Below are positions 51,250 to 63,800 of a stretch of DNA of 64,000 bases, piece by piece; the stretch's first letter is position 1, and each line of letters begins with the position of its first letter. The notes below the pieces were generated by a model that saw nothing but the letters and a program-made list of their open reading frames with translations, was not told where the DNA came from and did not search any database. Source of the DNA: Isurus oxyrinchus. Taxonomy: Eukaryota. Location of the stretch: positions 8,928,001 to 8,992,000 of the forward strand of contig JANJGN010000035.1 in assembly GCA_026770705.1 (NCBI GenBank), given 5' to 3'. The position numbers and the translations under genes are program-made.

Positions 51250-53800
51250 TTAATCTAATGGAGAGCGGCGAGAGGGTTTGCTGGTGGCTTGACTGTGAGG
51301 TAGAATGCCGTGTTGAGGTGATGGGAAATTTAAAAATTCAAACAGACAATTCAAGTATTTGCACAGTATAGTGATCTTGTCAAAGGCAAGGTGAGTGGTA
51401 CTGGATGGAAAATATAGCCTAACCGCAATTATTTGTAAGAGATTAATATCCATGTAGCAACGAGTAGTAGATAAGACGTCTAAAACTGAAGATTAGTTAT
51501 CAGGATGCGTGAAATATCCGCAATAAGGAAGGAAAGATACAAACAGAAAAAGAGTCATAATATAGAGGTAATCTCCTTCGAGGAGAAATAAAAAATTGCA
51601 AATAAATCTGAGAACTACTCCAGTTATAAATGGTTTTGTAAAGACAGATGGAATGGAGAAAGATGATTAGTAATATGGTTAGAAATAATTGTTAAAACTA
51701 CAATGAGTAGCAGTGAATAATGACAAATACATTAGTAAGATTGTTCAAAAGAGTGCTAACTTGAATAAATATAGCTGGGGATGATGAATGATCAGAGTCA
51801 GAAATCACTACTGGGAATGGCCAACAGGGAACAGAAGGACAGTATTATATTTGGAAGAAACATTAGACAAAAGTATGAAGCTTATAGCAATGGTTAATTA
51901 ATGACTGTAGACCAAAATAATCCTCATATTCAGTGAACTAATCAAATTCAAAATGGTTCTTTAGAAGATGTGAAGTAAAATATTTTCTTCCAGAATGCGT
52001 TATGGTACAAAATAGTCATAATTACAATCCATATTTATGTTAAATATAAAATAAAATACAACATAGTTATATTAGATATTTAGATAATATATTTTGAAAT
52101 GAGGATTTCTAATTTGGTCTTCTCATAACTAAAATATCCTTTGGGAAAAGTGATCATAAATCAATTCAATTTTCTGTTAATATTGAAAGTGATAAGATCT
52201 AATCACAAGGAGGAAGTAAGCAAAGCGAAGCAAATAGGTACGAGTGGAGAACTGGGTGAGGTTAATGCAATAAATGAACTGAAATCTGTCATTAATTAAA
52301 TGGCGGAAGACAGTTACAGGAAAAAAATAAACAGTTAAAGCATACAACAAAATACATTTCTTTGAAGAACGTAAATGCAGCAAAGAATCATACATCAATG
52401 ACTCGCTCAGGCAATTAAGGATACTATTAAATTAAATGTGGAGGTCTATGCTAATTCAAAGATTAATGACAAAGGATTGGAGTGGTTCAAACAATTGTTG
52501 TTAACTTCGGAGCAGAGGCATGAATTAAGTCATTATATACGAAATGGTAAAGAGAACTAGATAACAAAAATAGTACATAATGCCCCAAATTCCAATGCCC
52601 CGATGGACACTAAGGTGGCGAGCTAAAAGACATGGGTGCAGTGAATTCACACAATTTCCTAAATTCGGCAAGGGCAACAACAAGTTGGTTTCTGAAACTG
52701 TGCTATTCAAGAACGGAGGGACATAGAGAAAGAGGAAAAAAACCAAACAAGCTATTCATTTGTTGGGTGGCATCATTCATCACAAAAATGTTGGGATCGA
52801 TAATTATGGACTTCTTAAAACTGCACCAAGAAAATGGGAGTCTGTGCCGATAAAATCAGTATGCTTTGACGAAAGGCCAAATTTGTTTGAGTGTTTTGGG
52901 TTTTTTTTAGGGGTAGATGAAGGTGCGCAGATTAGTTTACCTGGAATACCAAGAATGCCTTCGATAACCAATAACCAATATGAGAAAACAATAATATGAA
53001 ACTAAAAGACTTGTGGAGTTGTAAATGTGGCATAGTATTAACATGGGCAACGGATTAGTTCAGGAACAGAAAATAATCATTAGATCTAAATGGGGCATTA
53101 TCAAGTTTGCAAGATGTTACATGTAAGGTGCCACAATGACAAGTGCTATTGTCTCTGTTAGGTTTTTAGGTGTTCGGATATTGAACCATGAAATATATCA
53201 TCCAGGCACCGCAAGCAATTAAGAAGGAAAGTTTCAAGCTGCCATTTATTTCAACGGCATGTGTCTGCACTAACAATGTTGCTGAGGCTGCAAGAGGTAT
53301 TCCCTTTGCAATTTTAGTCTTCATATTTCCCGAGCGATATATTTGCTTTGAAGACGGCATGGAAAATGTTCCCTAGATGGTTCCCTGGGCTAAGTTGTTT
53401 GTGCTGTGATGAGTAAATTAGTTTATAGGGCCTTTGTTCTCTGAAAACTTTGAAAAATGAGAGCTGCCCTAATGGAAAAATATAAAATTCTGCAGGGGCT
53501 AGACACGGCAATCAATGAGAGGTTCGTTCTTTTCCCTCGTGTCAATATAAATCGAGGGTGCATCCCCAGGTTTAGGTAGTCATCATTTAGGGCTGTGATG
53601 AGGAAACATTTTTCTCCTCTTAGTGTTGTGAATCGTTCAAATTCTATAACCCAAACATTCGCGGAAGTTACATTTTTTAACGCATTGAAAGTGTGAATGA
53701 GCAATTGTTGGTTTGTCAGGAAACCGAGTATATGTAGAGTCGGCGGTAAAGTGCAGTTGAACCCCAAGGTCAAACGTGATTTATTTCTGTAGCTAAGACG
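51250..53800 (+). mobile_element. Highly decayed, AT-rich CR1 ORF2 through to the 3' end
   Basis: Residual EN and RT motifs, and the 3' tttagggctgtgatgaggaaacatttttt segment. Confidence 0.65.
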
Positions 53801-54143
53801 ATGCAATGAGCATATGGTCAGCTAGCGCTCGTAATTTTTTTGAGACGCTGTGTTGCAATCGCCTGTTTTTGCATGAATATTTGATCTTGAAAAACCAAAA
53901 ATATACATTCAGTTTCCGCTTAGTAGCCCATAGATTTTGAATGATTCGAGACAAAAAACGCGTATCTGTACATGCCACATCAGTGAGGCGTGGCCTGTGT
54001 GGAAATCATTGCTTTGTCATCTTTGAAAATAAAATGTACGTCACTCACGCATGTTTCAACCAATTATGCTGGTTTGCTGGAAAGAGTCAATTGCTTCCAT
54101 TGTACCACCCCTCTGCCTTTCCCTTTCTGATCGTCCTTCGCAG

Positions 54144-54530
54144 GTGGGTCTCTTTTACGACCAGCTACAATACTCCCAGTTGCCCAAATAGGTTTGAGAT
54201 GTATTGAAATTGTTGTCACCAGAACATGCCTAGGCAGTAATGATCTATTGTTGTCAAATTGCAAAGCGCTCCCGCGTACAATGTTTCGTGTTGCACTGGC
54301 ACTTATGCACAGCAAGATTCCATTTCCTAGTTTTTCTCACTTGTTGTGTTGTTGTGCAATGTGCAACAAAAACTAAGATGAATGTATGAACACCCGAAAA
54401 ATGTTAGGGGAATCAGTCCATGGATAGACCTCGTGCATGCTGAACATTGCAGACCTGCCAGACCTATAGGTTCTTTTCCAGTTCCATGACTGATCCCACT
54501 GATTTGGATTGTCCATCAAAAATAAACAAC
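54144..54530 (+). pseudogene. Degenerate CARD-like exon, whole unit in a single frame
   Basis: Strong acceptor (54143). Phase-1 reading is PVAQIGLRCIE...RTMFRVALALMHSKIPFP...KN*DECMNTRKMLGESVHG*TSC...VLFQFHD. Confidence 0.6.
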
Positions 54531-54899
54531 TAATCAGTGTACAATCTCTCAAGCCCCTTCCAAACTTGCATGTCCACAAATAATTATCTTTCTTTAATCC
54601 AATCACCAGAGTGTACTGGCACAATCTGCTCATTCTCCTGATTCCTTTCAGCCATGTTATTACAAGCAACAAAATGATTCCGACTGTTGAAAAAAATCAT
54701 ATAATTAGATGTAGAGTTCTTAATTAACACAGTCATCATTTTGTCATCTCCAGAAAGGGCAAAGGTATGGATGTAAGACTTCATTTTAATTCAAAGTCAT
54801 TTCTCTCGAAAGATAGGCTAATATGCGACTTTCTCTTTTTATCACTTGAGGCAATTAAATGCTTACTTTTCATCTTCTATCCACGAGCACAGCTGGACT

Positions 54900-56660
54900 C
54901 TCTAGACATCGATATTTTTCATAAGTGACTACTTTTAAAATGTTCTGCTTGACAAATTTTCGTTCCAAATTGAGCAACCTCTCCTTGATAAATTTTATTC
55001 AATCTTTGCCTCCCTACCCAATACTTCCGCGTATCTTTGCTTAATAAAAGCGATTGTTTGCCCCTTAGAAGTCCTGTTCCCGACGACCTTTGGGTTATCA
55101 ACGAAATTGAATAAAACGTTACGCCTAAGGTACCAATTTAGATTGCAAATCAATGAAGCACCAGAACGCATCGCTCAGAACTCCTCTACTCACGTAACAA
55201 TGCTTTGTTTATGTATCATTTCTGCTCAGGTTTCCGCAAATAAACGTCAATTCTACATAAATTATTGTCCCCAAATCCATGTGTCTGTAACGTGAGTTTT
55301 AACTTTTTCTTCTTTTCTGGGATGGGCAAAGTGACTGGTGCCGCAAGCATTTATTGCCCGTGCATAATTTCCTTTAGAAAGCTGATGGGTGGCTAACTTC
55401 TTCAAATGCTTTGGTTCACTGCAGGAATGTACACCCTCAGGGATGGAATTCCCTGGGTTTCCCACGTGACAGTGCAGCAACGGTGATTTATTTCCATGTC
55501 AAGACAGTGAGAGCCTCGGAGGGGAACTTCCTCTGGATGAGGTTCATACGTGCGTCCTTCTCCTGCCTTCCTAGATGGTAGAAGTTTCAGGATTGGAAGG
55601 TGCTGTCTAAGGAGGTTTGGCGAGTTTCTGGAGTGAACACACAGCAGCCAAATAACTTCGACAGTGGGCTGAACGGCTGCTTGTGGTTGGAGTGTGAATC
55701 ATGACACCTGTTTTGTCCTTTATGGTTTAAGCTTCTTGAGTGATGCTGATGATGCACCCATGCATTCAAGTGAAGAGAATTTCCTCACAGTCCGAATTGA
55801 TGCATTTTAGTTGGTGGTCAAACTTTGGTGAGCCAAGATGTGAGTTAATCACCGGAGGATTGCGAGGTCCTGAAATGCTCTTGTAGCCACAGTAATTATG
55901 TGGCAAGTCCAGCTCAATTTCTGATCTATGATAACCCCCAGTATGTGGATAATGCTGGATTCAGCATATAATGCCATTGAATGTCGATGGGCGATTATTA
56001 GGTTCTCAGTAATTGGTGGTTGCCATTCTTATGACCACAGCCGGTGTTAACTGCAGTACAAATCAAATCCATCATCTTCTTTTTGAACACGAGAAGTTGT
56101 TCTGTTCTTAACAACAAGGCTGCAGTAACACTTCTGGGATGTAAGGAAAAATGGTTAATTTAACAAAAATAAAAGAAAACGTAAGCAAACAAATTGCATT
56201 ATCATAGTTAAACCAAGTCTTACACCTTGTCCCGCCAAAAAGTCATTTTTCATGGTCACCTTTAAACGGCTTCGAAGCAACATTCGTTGTATTTGCTTAA
56301 CTAAAAAAAAAATGGTAATGTTATGTATGCAATCTGTTTTTGCTTTAATACAGGCTTAACCAATGGCGTGTAATTCTCTTCCTGACTGCTTGGGAAAACC
56401 AAACATATATAAAAAAAATGTTTTTACACCCCAAGGCTTTTCTGCTTTCAATTCAGGATCCATTGTTTTCACAGCTTTTTGAAACCCAGATCCTTCAAAA
56501 TATTAATTCATGCAAGTTTTTATCTTGCCTTTTCTTAGGGCCAATAAAGAATAACACCCCCAATATTATTTACTTATGCAACAGCTGCAAGATGCAAGAT
56601 GGTTTTTGAACCTCCGCTTTCGCTGTGATGCTCAAGCAAAATCTCAACATAACTAAAATT
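54900..56660 (+). pseudogene. Degenerate CARD-like unit: half A ~54900-55090, half B 56457-~56660
   Basis: Half A reads LLLKCSA*QIF...YFRVSLL...LPLR. Half B follows caattcag and reads FSQLFETQILQNINSCKFLSCLFL...LCNSCKMQDGF*. Confidence 0.6.
55305..56030 (-). mobile_element. LINE-B 3' end
   Basis: Reverse complement of the LINE-B tail (gcatttattgcccg) and the RT C-terminus. Confidence 0.8.
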
Positions 56661-56789
56661 GCAAATTTTAAATCTAAGCTATTCATTGGCATCTCAAACC
56701 TAGCACTTCCAACCCCTTAATGTTTTAAAGCCCCAAACAACCACACTCAGGTTAAGCTTGCACATCTTAAGAAATTCACACACACATAA

Positions 56790-56947
56790 NNNNNNNNNNN
56801 NNNNNNNNNNNNNNNNNNNNNNNNNNNNNNNNNNNNNNNNNNNNNNNNNNNNNNNNNNNNNNNNNNNNNNNNNNNNNNNNNNNNNNNNNNNNNNNNNNNN
56901 NNNNNNNNNNNNNNNNNNNNNNNNNNNNNNNNNNNNNNNNNNNNNNN
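56790..56947. other. Assembly gap (158 N)
   Basis: Run of n. Confidence 1.
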
Positions 56948-56949
56948 CC

Positions 56950-57330
56950 TCGAACAGTTGTGGTGTGAATGTTGTTTGCCGCCTGCCAGCCGTAGCCTAG
57001 ATTGTCCAGGTATTTCTGCATTTGGTAATTGACTTATTGTGTACTGGAGAATACAGGAATGATACTGAAAATTCTGCAACCATCAGCGGGATCCCCACAT
57101 CTCACCATAAGATGCAAGGAAGGTAATTGATGAAGTAGTTGGAAACGGTTGGGCCCAAAACACCACCGTGTGAATCTCCTACAGTGATGTCACGGAAGTT
57201 AAATGATAGACCTCCAAAAACAACGCCCTTCTTCAGTTGTGCTGCATCGGACACCAACTGGTGGAAAGTTTCGCCCTAATCACTATTGACTCCGTTTTTT
57301 TTTTCATGCATTCTTATGCCATGTTAACCC
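56950..57330 (-). mobile_element. LINE-B RT fragment
   Basis: Matches 600-960 and 27200-27450. Confidence 0.7.
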
Positions 57331-57472
57331 ATTGAGATCTCCGTTATCAAGAACCTTTGAAAATCCTGTTATATTGTTTCCACTGCTTGCCCTTTATATA
57401 TCCCTTTCGTTATGTCTTCATCAAATCTCGAATGCATTTTTTAATCATGGTTTCCCTTTTGTACAACCATAG

Positions 57473-58160
57473 TCACTCTGTGTGCCTGTTTATCGCGTTT
57501 GTAAACACAATGTCTTAAACCGTTAGTAAGTTGCCAGCTTTCATGCGGCAATCTTAACAGGCTTTTTCGAAGCAATACCATATTTTTAATAGCAGTATTA
57601 TATTTGCCAGCTCCAAGTCTACCGACAGCTTTCAATAATCTCGATGGAAGAACGTTTTCTTTAGCAGACCTTCTGTTCTCTGAACAACTGATATTCGTCT
57701 TCATTTAAACATTGGTTATCCTGCTTAAGTACGCTATTATGTTACGAAGTATTTTTTCTTGTTTTGTTGAGTATTTTGAAACAAAAAAAAGGATACACCT
57801 TTTCTTATTATTGTAACTTCCGGTCCATTTACTAATGCAAAAATGGTCAACCCCCCTTTATTTCTTTAGCTGATGAATGTACTAAATTGAAATAAAGTAT
57901 ATGAGCATGTAGAATGCTTCTTCTTTTAAATATCACGTTCAAAGACACGCTACCTCGAAGCCTTTTTCAGCAGATTTCCAGGTCTTTTTGCTGTAACTCT
58001 TTGTTGTCCTACACCGAATTTATCTTTCCTGATCAACTTGTGCATTGTCTTTCTATGACGAGGGATATAAGAATTAGCATCACAGGAATAGTCCCTGAAA
58101 GCATTGCCTATGCCAACCACTTGCCAAGCTGCTATATATGAGACTCAAAACCAATACTGG
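57473..58160 (+). pseudogene. Degenerate CARD-like unit: half A 57473-~57680, half B 57971-58160
   Basis: Half A reads LSRL*TQCL..VSCQLSCGNLNRLFRSN. The half-B exon is 190 nt between tttttcag| and G|gtattt (phase 0 to 1) and reads QISRSF...TEFIF...NHLPS. Confidence 0.55.
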
Positions 58161-58795
58161 GTATTTCGCAAATCTATAATTACCCCAAAAAATTATGATT
58201 GCTACATCTATTAATTTGACCGTCATGTGTAGTCATAGATGGATGACAATGCATCATACGAATACAGCATACAAAAATAAGGACAAATGTAGGAAAAATT
58301 TGCTCTTGAGCCTGAATCAGCATTCAGTATGATATTGTGTCATGCATATCAAAATGGCTTTTATGACAGTTCCCAATAATCCTGTGACTCCCTGAGAGAT
58401 CACTAATTATTCTATCTGGACCTAGAATGTACTCACAATGGAGCATGCACTACACGTCGGGTTGGTGAAATTTCAAGACTCACAAGACTCTTTGTGGGAA
58501 AAAAAAATCTCTCATGGCAGTGTATATTATTCAACCCCTATTATTCTTTGGATAGAACAAAACCCGGTGCAGCTTCATATCTGTGCTCTGTTCAAAGTCA
58601 ACAATAATGTTTCTTAGGTTCTCGAGTGAGCATCAATCCTTAAAAAAAAACAGGTTCTGTTTGCATAGTGAGGAGAGTTTCTGAAAAAAAGAATATGATA
58701 TCCCTGGCTACTTGTGATAATTTTATGGTAGAGTAAATGTTTATGCGCATAATAAGGCCAAAAAATTACACTAAAACACATTTATGATTTTGCAG

Positions 58796-59460
58796 AGTAT
58801 GCAGTTATTTAGAAAAAAACTTTCATGAGATCATACTTAACTACCATCATACCTAACCTTCCACTTTTGCTGTTGAGCAATTATCCTTATAGATTTTAAA
58901 ATTAGCATAATTTCAGGAATTATTATCATAGCCTGTTTCTCTTCCCATTGAAGTGGCCGATGAAGCTGAAAGCAACTGGTCCTCCATGTCTAGCCTTGTT
59001 TGCATTGTCTTCCAGAAGTTTTGCCCAGCTATCCTGCTGTCTTCTGGGAGATCTAAGCAACTGTTCCCTCACGAAAATTTCAGTATTTCCTAAAATCTGA
59101 TCCTTCACTTTATTCTCTCAGTTGCCTCAATTACTACTAACAGAAATGCTTTCTTCCAAGGACGGATTACTCGTTCCTTTACTGTGGCTTTTATGTTTGA
59201 AGAAATGTCCTATCGTAACCTTACATACTTAGAGCTTTTATAACCTTGATAAAGCAATCTTTGAACTAAAGCAGATCAAATTAAAACCTCTCTTATTTAT
59301 TATGTGCACTTTTGCTTGAAGTTCCTTTTGTCTAATTAATAATTCAATAGAAGTCCTTATGGTCCGTTTGGCTCTTGGAGTTCTCCTGGACCTTGCTCCA
59401 AGTATCATCGTTAATACCAGAAAAAGCCTGTTTTCCAATACATAAGAAATATGACAGTGG
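58796..59460 (+). pseudogene. Degenerate CARD-like units: whole unit 58796-~59240, next half A from 59351
   Basis: Acceptors end at 58795 and 59350. Reads IPNLPLLLLSNY...FRNYYHSLF.../SKQLFPHENFSIS*NLILHFIL; then LGVLL/CSKYH. Confidence 0.5.
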
Positions 59461-59599
59461 TAATATCGGAAGATGAACAGTCATACTTCAAGAAATGACT
59501 TCACATTCTCAATCACAATTTCCTAATTACTACTTATGTTTTTTACACTCTAGTATTATAATATAAATTGCATGCATTCACTTGAAAATAGGCCCAAGG

Positions 59600-62500
59600 T
59601 TTTGGCGGCAATGGAATATTTTTTTTCCCCAAGCATTCACATGTCCAATCTTCCTTACAACTTAAGCCTTCCCTCATGCACCTGCAATTAGGTTACTTAG
59701 TTCACCCATATGCATTATTTATAAGTTAAATCGTTGTAAATAACGGACTCCGTTTAAGCAGCCTAACATTCCAATAGTATTCCTGTGGTATGGTCAGTGC
59801 AAACCAAAGTGTCTGATGAATTGCTGGCAGCATAATTATCAAGAAGTTGCAATGCCAGCACCAAACTCAATGTTTCCGTTTCCAAAGTAGAAAACATTTG
59901 CTGATGAATTTTAGTCTTCTTTGAAAAAATATTGTACACACTCTTCAAGGCCTGTTTTGTCTCCATGCAGCAATACAGCAGCAATAACCTCATCAACACC
60001 ATCAATTGGCAACTTAAAGTGATTGGCATATTTCGATGTAACTAAAACAGGTGCTGTTGTTAAAACATTTTCACATTTTTGAGCGTATTTGGGAGCATGA
60101 ATGTCCATTTGCATTTTTGTGCTTTTTTTTAAGAGGTCAGTTAATGTGATAACCACGATGCTAAAAGCAGGTACGGTGTTCCTGTCTAAAACATTAATGC
60201 CACAGAATCGTGAAGCCTCCCTTTTCTTTCAATCCACCCACCTATCGGCTTCGATTTTATATCTTGGTTTGCCATCTGATTATGTCCAAGAGTTTAGCAC
60301 AAATATGTTACCAGTCGTTTGCAAATTCTCTCTTCGCCATGTGGCCACGAAATTACCTTATTGCAGATGATCAAATCGTTCTCCCAGCTGCTGTAGGTTT
60401 TCCTCCGATGTTTGACAGAATACAATCAGAGTGATCAATGTGCATAGCACAGTATCTCAGTCCAATATTGAAACATGATTGGGTCCCCCTTGTCCTCACT
60501 TATCACCACACCAGCCGCCACTCTCAAAGGATGATCCTTTGCGACTTCCGCCAACACCAGCATGATGCCACCACCAAACATATCTTCCCTTCACCTCCAA
60601 CTCCCCCCCCCCCACCCCACTCCCCCGCCTCCCGGCGACATTCCGTAGAGTTTGTTCCCTCCACAACACCCTGGTCCATTCCTCTATCACCCCCTACTCC
60701 TCAACCCCCAGATACGGCACGCCCTCATGCAAACGTAAAAAATGCAACACCTGCCCGTTCACTTCCTCTCTCCTCACCGTCCAAGGGCCCAAACACTCCT
60801 TTCAAGTGAAGCAGCCTTTCACTTGCATTTCTCCCAACTTAGTCTATGGCATCTGTTGCCCCCAATGCGGTTTCCTCTGCATTGGAGAGGCCAAAAGTAA
60901 ACTGCTTTGCTGAACACCTCCAGTATGTCTGCAAGAAAGCCCCGAAACTCCTTGTTGCTTGTCATTTTAACATTCTACCCTGCTCCCTTGCCCACATGTC
61001 TGACGTTGGCTTGCTGCACTGTTGCAGTGACGCCAAATGCAAACTGGACGAGAAACACCTCGTCTTCTGACGAGGCACTTTACAGCCTTCCATACTGAAT
61101 ATTGAATTCAAAAACTTGAGATCTTGAACTCGCTTCTCCATCCCCGCAACCTTTCAGTTTCCTCCACTTCCTTTTCTTTTTTCCAATAATGTATATAGAT
61201 TTTTCTTTTCTCACCTGTTTCCATTATTTTTAAAACTATGCCTTTTATGCCCTTTTAGTCTTTCCACCCCACTCCCATTAGAGCTGTACCTTGTGTGTCC
61301 TGTCATCCATTCTAAATTAGCATGTTCGTTTAGATAATGTCACGACCTTAAACCTCTCTTTGTTACTTTTTGTGTAACATCTTTTGATTACTGCTCCTAT
61401 CACTGCTTGCATGTCCCTACAACAACACGCCATCACCACTTCTCCCCACCCACCCCCCGCCACCCCACATTAAACCAGCCAATATTTCACCCCTCTCCTA
61501 ATATTTCTCATTCTGTTGAAGGGTCATGAGGACTCGAAATATCAATGTTTCTCTTCTCCACCGATGCTGCAGACCTGCTGTGTTTTTCCAGGTAATTCTG
61601 TTTTTGTGTTTCCAATAATCAACTTATTCGCTAAACACTACAAGTTAGCTGGTGCACTTTCCATAGCAAATGTCATAACTTCAACTGATATAGTCGATCT
61701 GCCATCACAAAAACCGATATTGATTTTGGACTATCCAATGACAATGCTAAATAATATCCCCTCAGGGTGAATTTTTTTGTGATAATGTGATATTGTCTCA
61801 CATTGTCTATGCAATTGTCCAAAACGTGGAATGCGATGTGAATCCGCGTTTGTCACTGTGATTACATTTCGATATACCACAAACAGTCTTTATGATCCAT
61901 CTTACTTTGGTGCCTTCACAATGGTCGAACTCAGGCTTCAACAACAATGGTCAATTTCCTTCTCAACGTGTGACAACTTCACTCAATTAATTTTATATTT
62001 GTCTTGCCTTATCAACAACGAATCACCGACATGTACATCAGTTGTAGCTAAATTTCTTTCATCCTGCTTATTGCTACACATGAATTTGTGTGGTTCCAAC
62101 AAGTTCTACAAATCACTGTGCCATTTGTCTGGAAGGTAACTCAATATTACATTGAAAATTTTAAACATCCCTACATTATTCAAATTGATTAGTGGAAAGT
62201 CAATTTCAGTATCCTTCATGTGTACCCGGCCTCCTTATTTATGACCAATGAAACCTTATGTTGAAAGTCTTCACTGTAAAATGCATTCTTAACATACTTA
62301 CATGCCGGACCTCTGGCTTCATTCTTCTATCTTGAGTCTTTATTAAATAGCTGACTTCACTAAGCTTCTTCTCAATCTTGTAAGGTCTACTAAAACTTGC
62401 CATTAATAGTTCATCCCAAACTCGTAACAAAACTGACACAGCTTTCCCCCGCAGCAAACCTATATGCTGTGGCTCTATCTTCTGTCTTGTGCTTCATCAC

Positions 62501-63800
62501 CTGCTGTGATGTATTAAAATGTTCCTGCGGTAACTCACAAGCCCGGTTCAATCTTTTCCAGAACTTTGATAAATAATCCAGGAGCGTGGTTTCTGAATCT
62601 GCTTTTTACTACATACAACCGTTTTATTTTCGGTCCTTTAGCTTTAACTATCAATTTCCTTGAGCTAAACACGTCAGCGTCACTCTCTTCCATTCTCTTT
62701 TCCTGATCAATCTTATCAAAGATAAATGCCTCAATAAAATCATCAGTTTCTTTCCACTGCCTTTCAGTATTCCACTTCTGATTCAACTGATGACATTCGA
62801 GTTGTGATCCGACAAAGTCTGGAAAAAAAAATCAAGCTATTTTTGTCGCAGCAGTTCTGTGTATTGCCGTTCCAGTGGCTTTACAAATATAGTAGGTTTC
62901 ACCAACATATATGACCCAGCTATATAATTTTCTATGGTAAGTTGTAACAATGCAATGGACAAATTCTCAGCTACTCCTCCAATCGCTTTACCTGTTTTCA
63001 AACTTATTTTCAATTCACCTTACACAAAGGAAATGTATCGCCTTTCTATGAATTCCTTTAATTTATACATTTCTCTGACAAATATCCTCAGGACAACAAA
63101 TGTCGATTACCCATAGACTAAGCTCCCTTATTAACCTTTAGAATAATGAGGAAGTTAGACGAAAGCTTGAAACGTTTCTGCAACATATCTTTCAGCATGC
63201 GTTTGAATAGACTGTGAATCTATTTTCACACCTTTGGCTAACACTTGGGTTTGACCAAATTCCAAATAGCTTATCTTGTTCTTATCGTTTCACTTTACAG
63301 GAACTGTCATACTTCTTAGAAATTCCCTTTTAACCTCTAGCACTTTCATGCTATATGACCAAACTTATTACAATGCCAACATTTCAGCTTTCTTCAATAT
63401 CTCTCAGCACATTCCCCCATGTTTTGTGGCGATATTTTAGTCTGTGGCTTCGTTTTGATTTGGCCTACAAGATAAGTCAGTTTAACAACCGTTTGTCCTT
63501 GACATTGTGCCACAGCAAAAATCCCACTTCTAATCAATCGGATTAAAATTTCATTTCTCTGCATTTTTATTTACTTTAACTGAATACGATCTAAATGAAA
63601 TAAAACACAAACAATCACCTGCTCATTACTATCTCTGAGGTTCAAGGCTGCTAATGTCATTTTCTATAGAATTGGCAATAATTGTAATTGCAAAAAGAAA
63701 AACAAATAGTCATGGAACAATACGCAGAGCCAATAACCCATTAGGCCCTTGGAGTAACATTCAGACTCAAACAGTTAAACTCCGCTTCTAGTTACCTCGA
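59600..63800 (-). mobile_element. Decayed Gmr1-like Gypsy LTR retrotransposon (gag, INT, RT, RNase H order)
   Basis: RNase H (FSTLETETLSLVLALQ...VCTDH) at 59780-60050; RT (YRNVITVTNADSHRIPR) at ~61830-61890; integrase C-terminus (ASFSRPYKIEKKLSEVSYLIKT) at 62240-62460; gag-like region at 62900-63450. Confidence 0.8.
60390..61610 (+). mobile_element. 5'-truncated Penelope-like element (GIY-YIG and pseudo-LTR) inserted in the Gypsy RT
   Basis: VPLVLTYH...CNTC...FAEHL...VACHFN. Closely similar to 31910-32830. Confidence 0.9.

Noticed and set aside
54754-54764. Possible 11-nt micro-exon (ctccag|aaagggcaaag|gtatgg)
   Set aside because: It cannot be distinguished from chance without transcript data.
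56747-57079. ORFs spanning the X runs
   Set aside because: Artefacts of the assembly gap.
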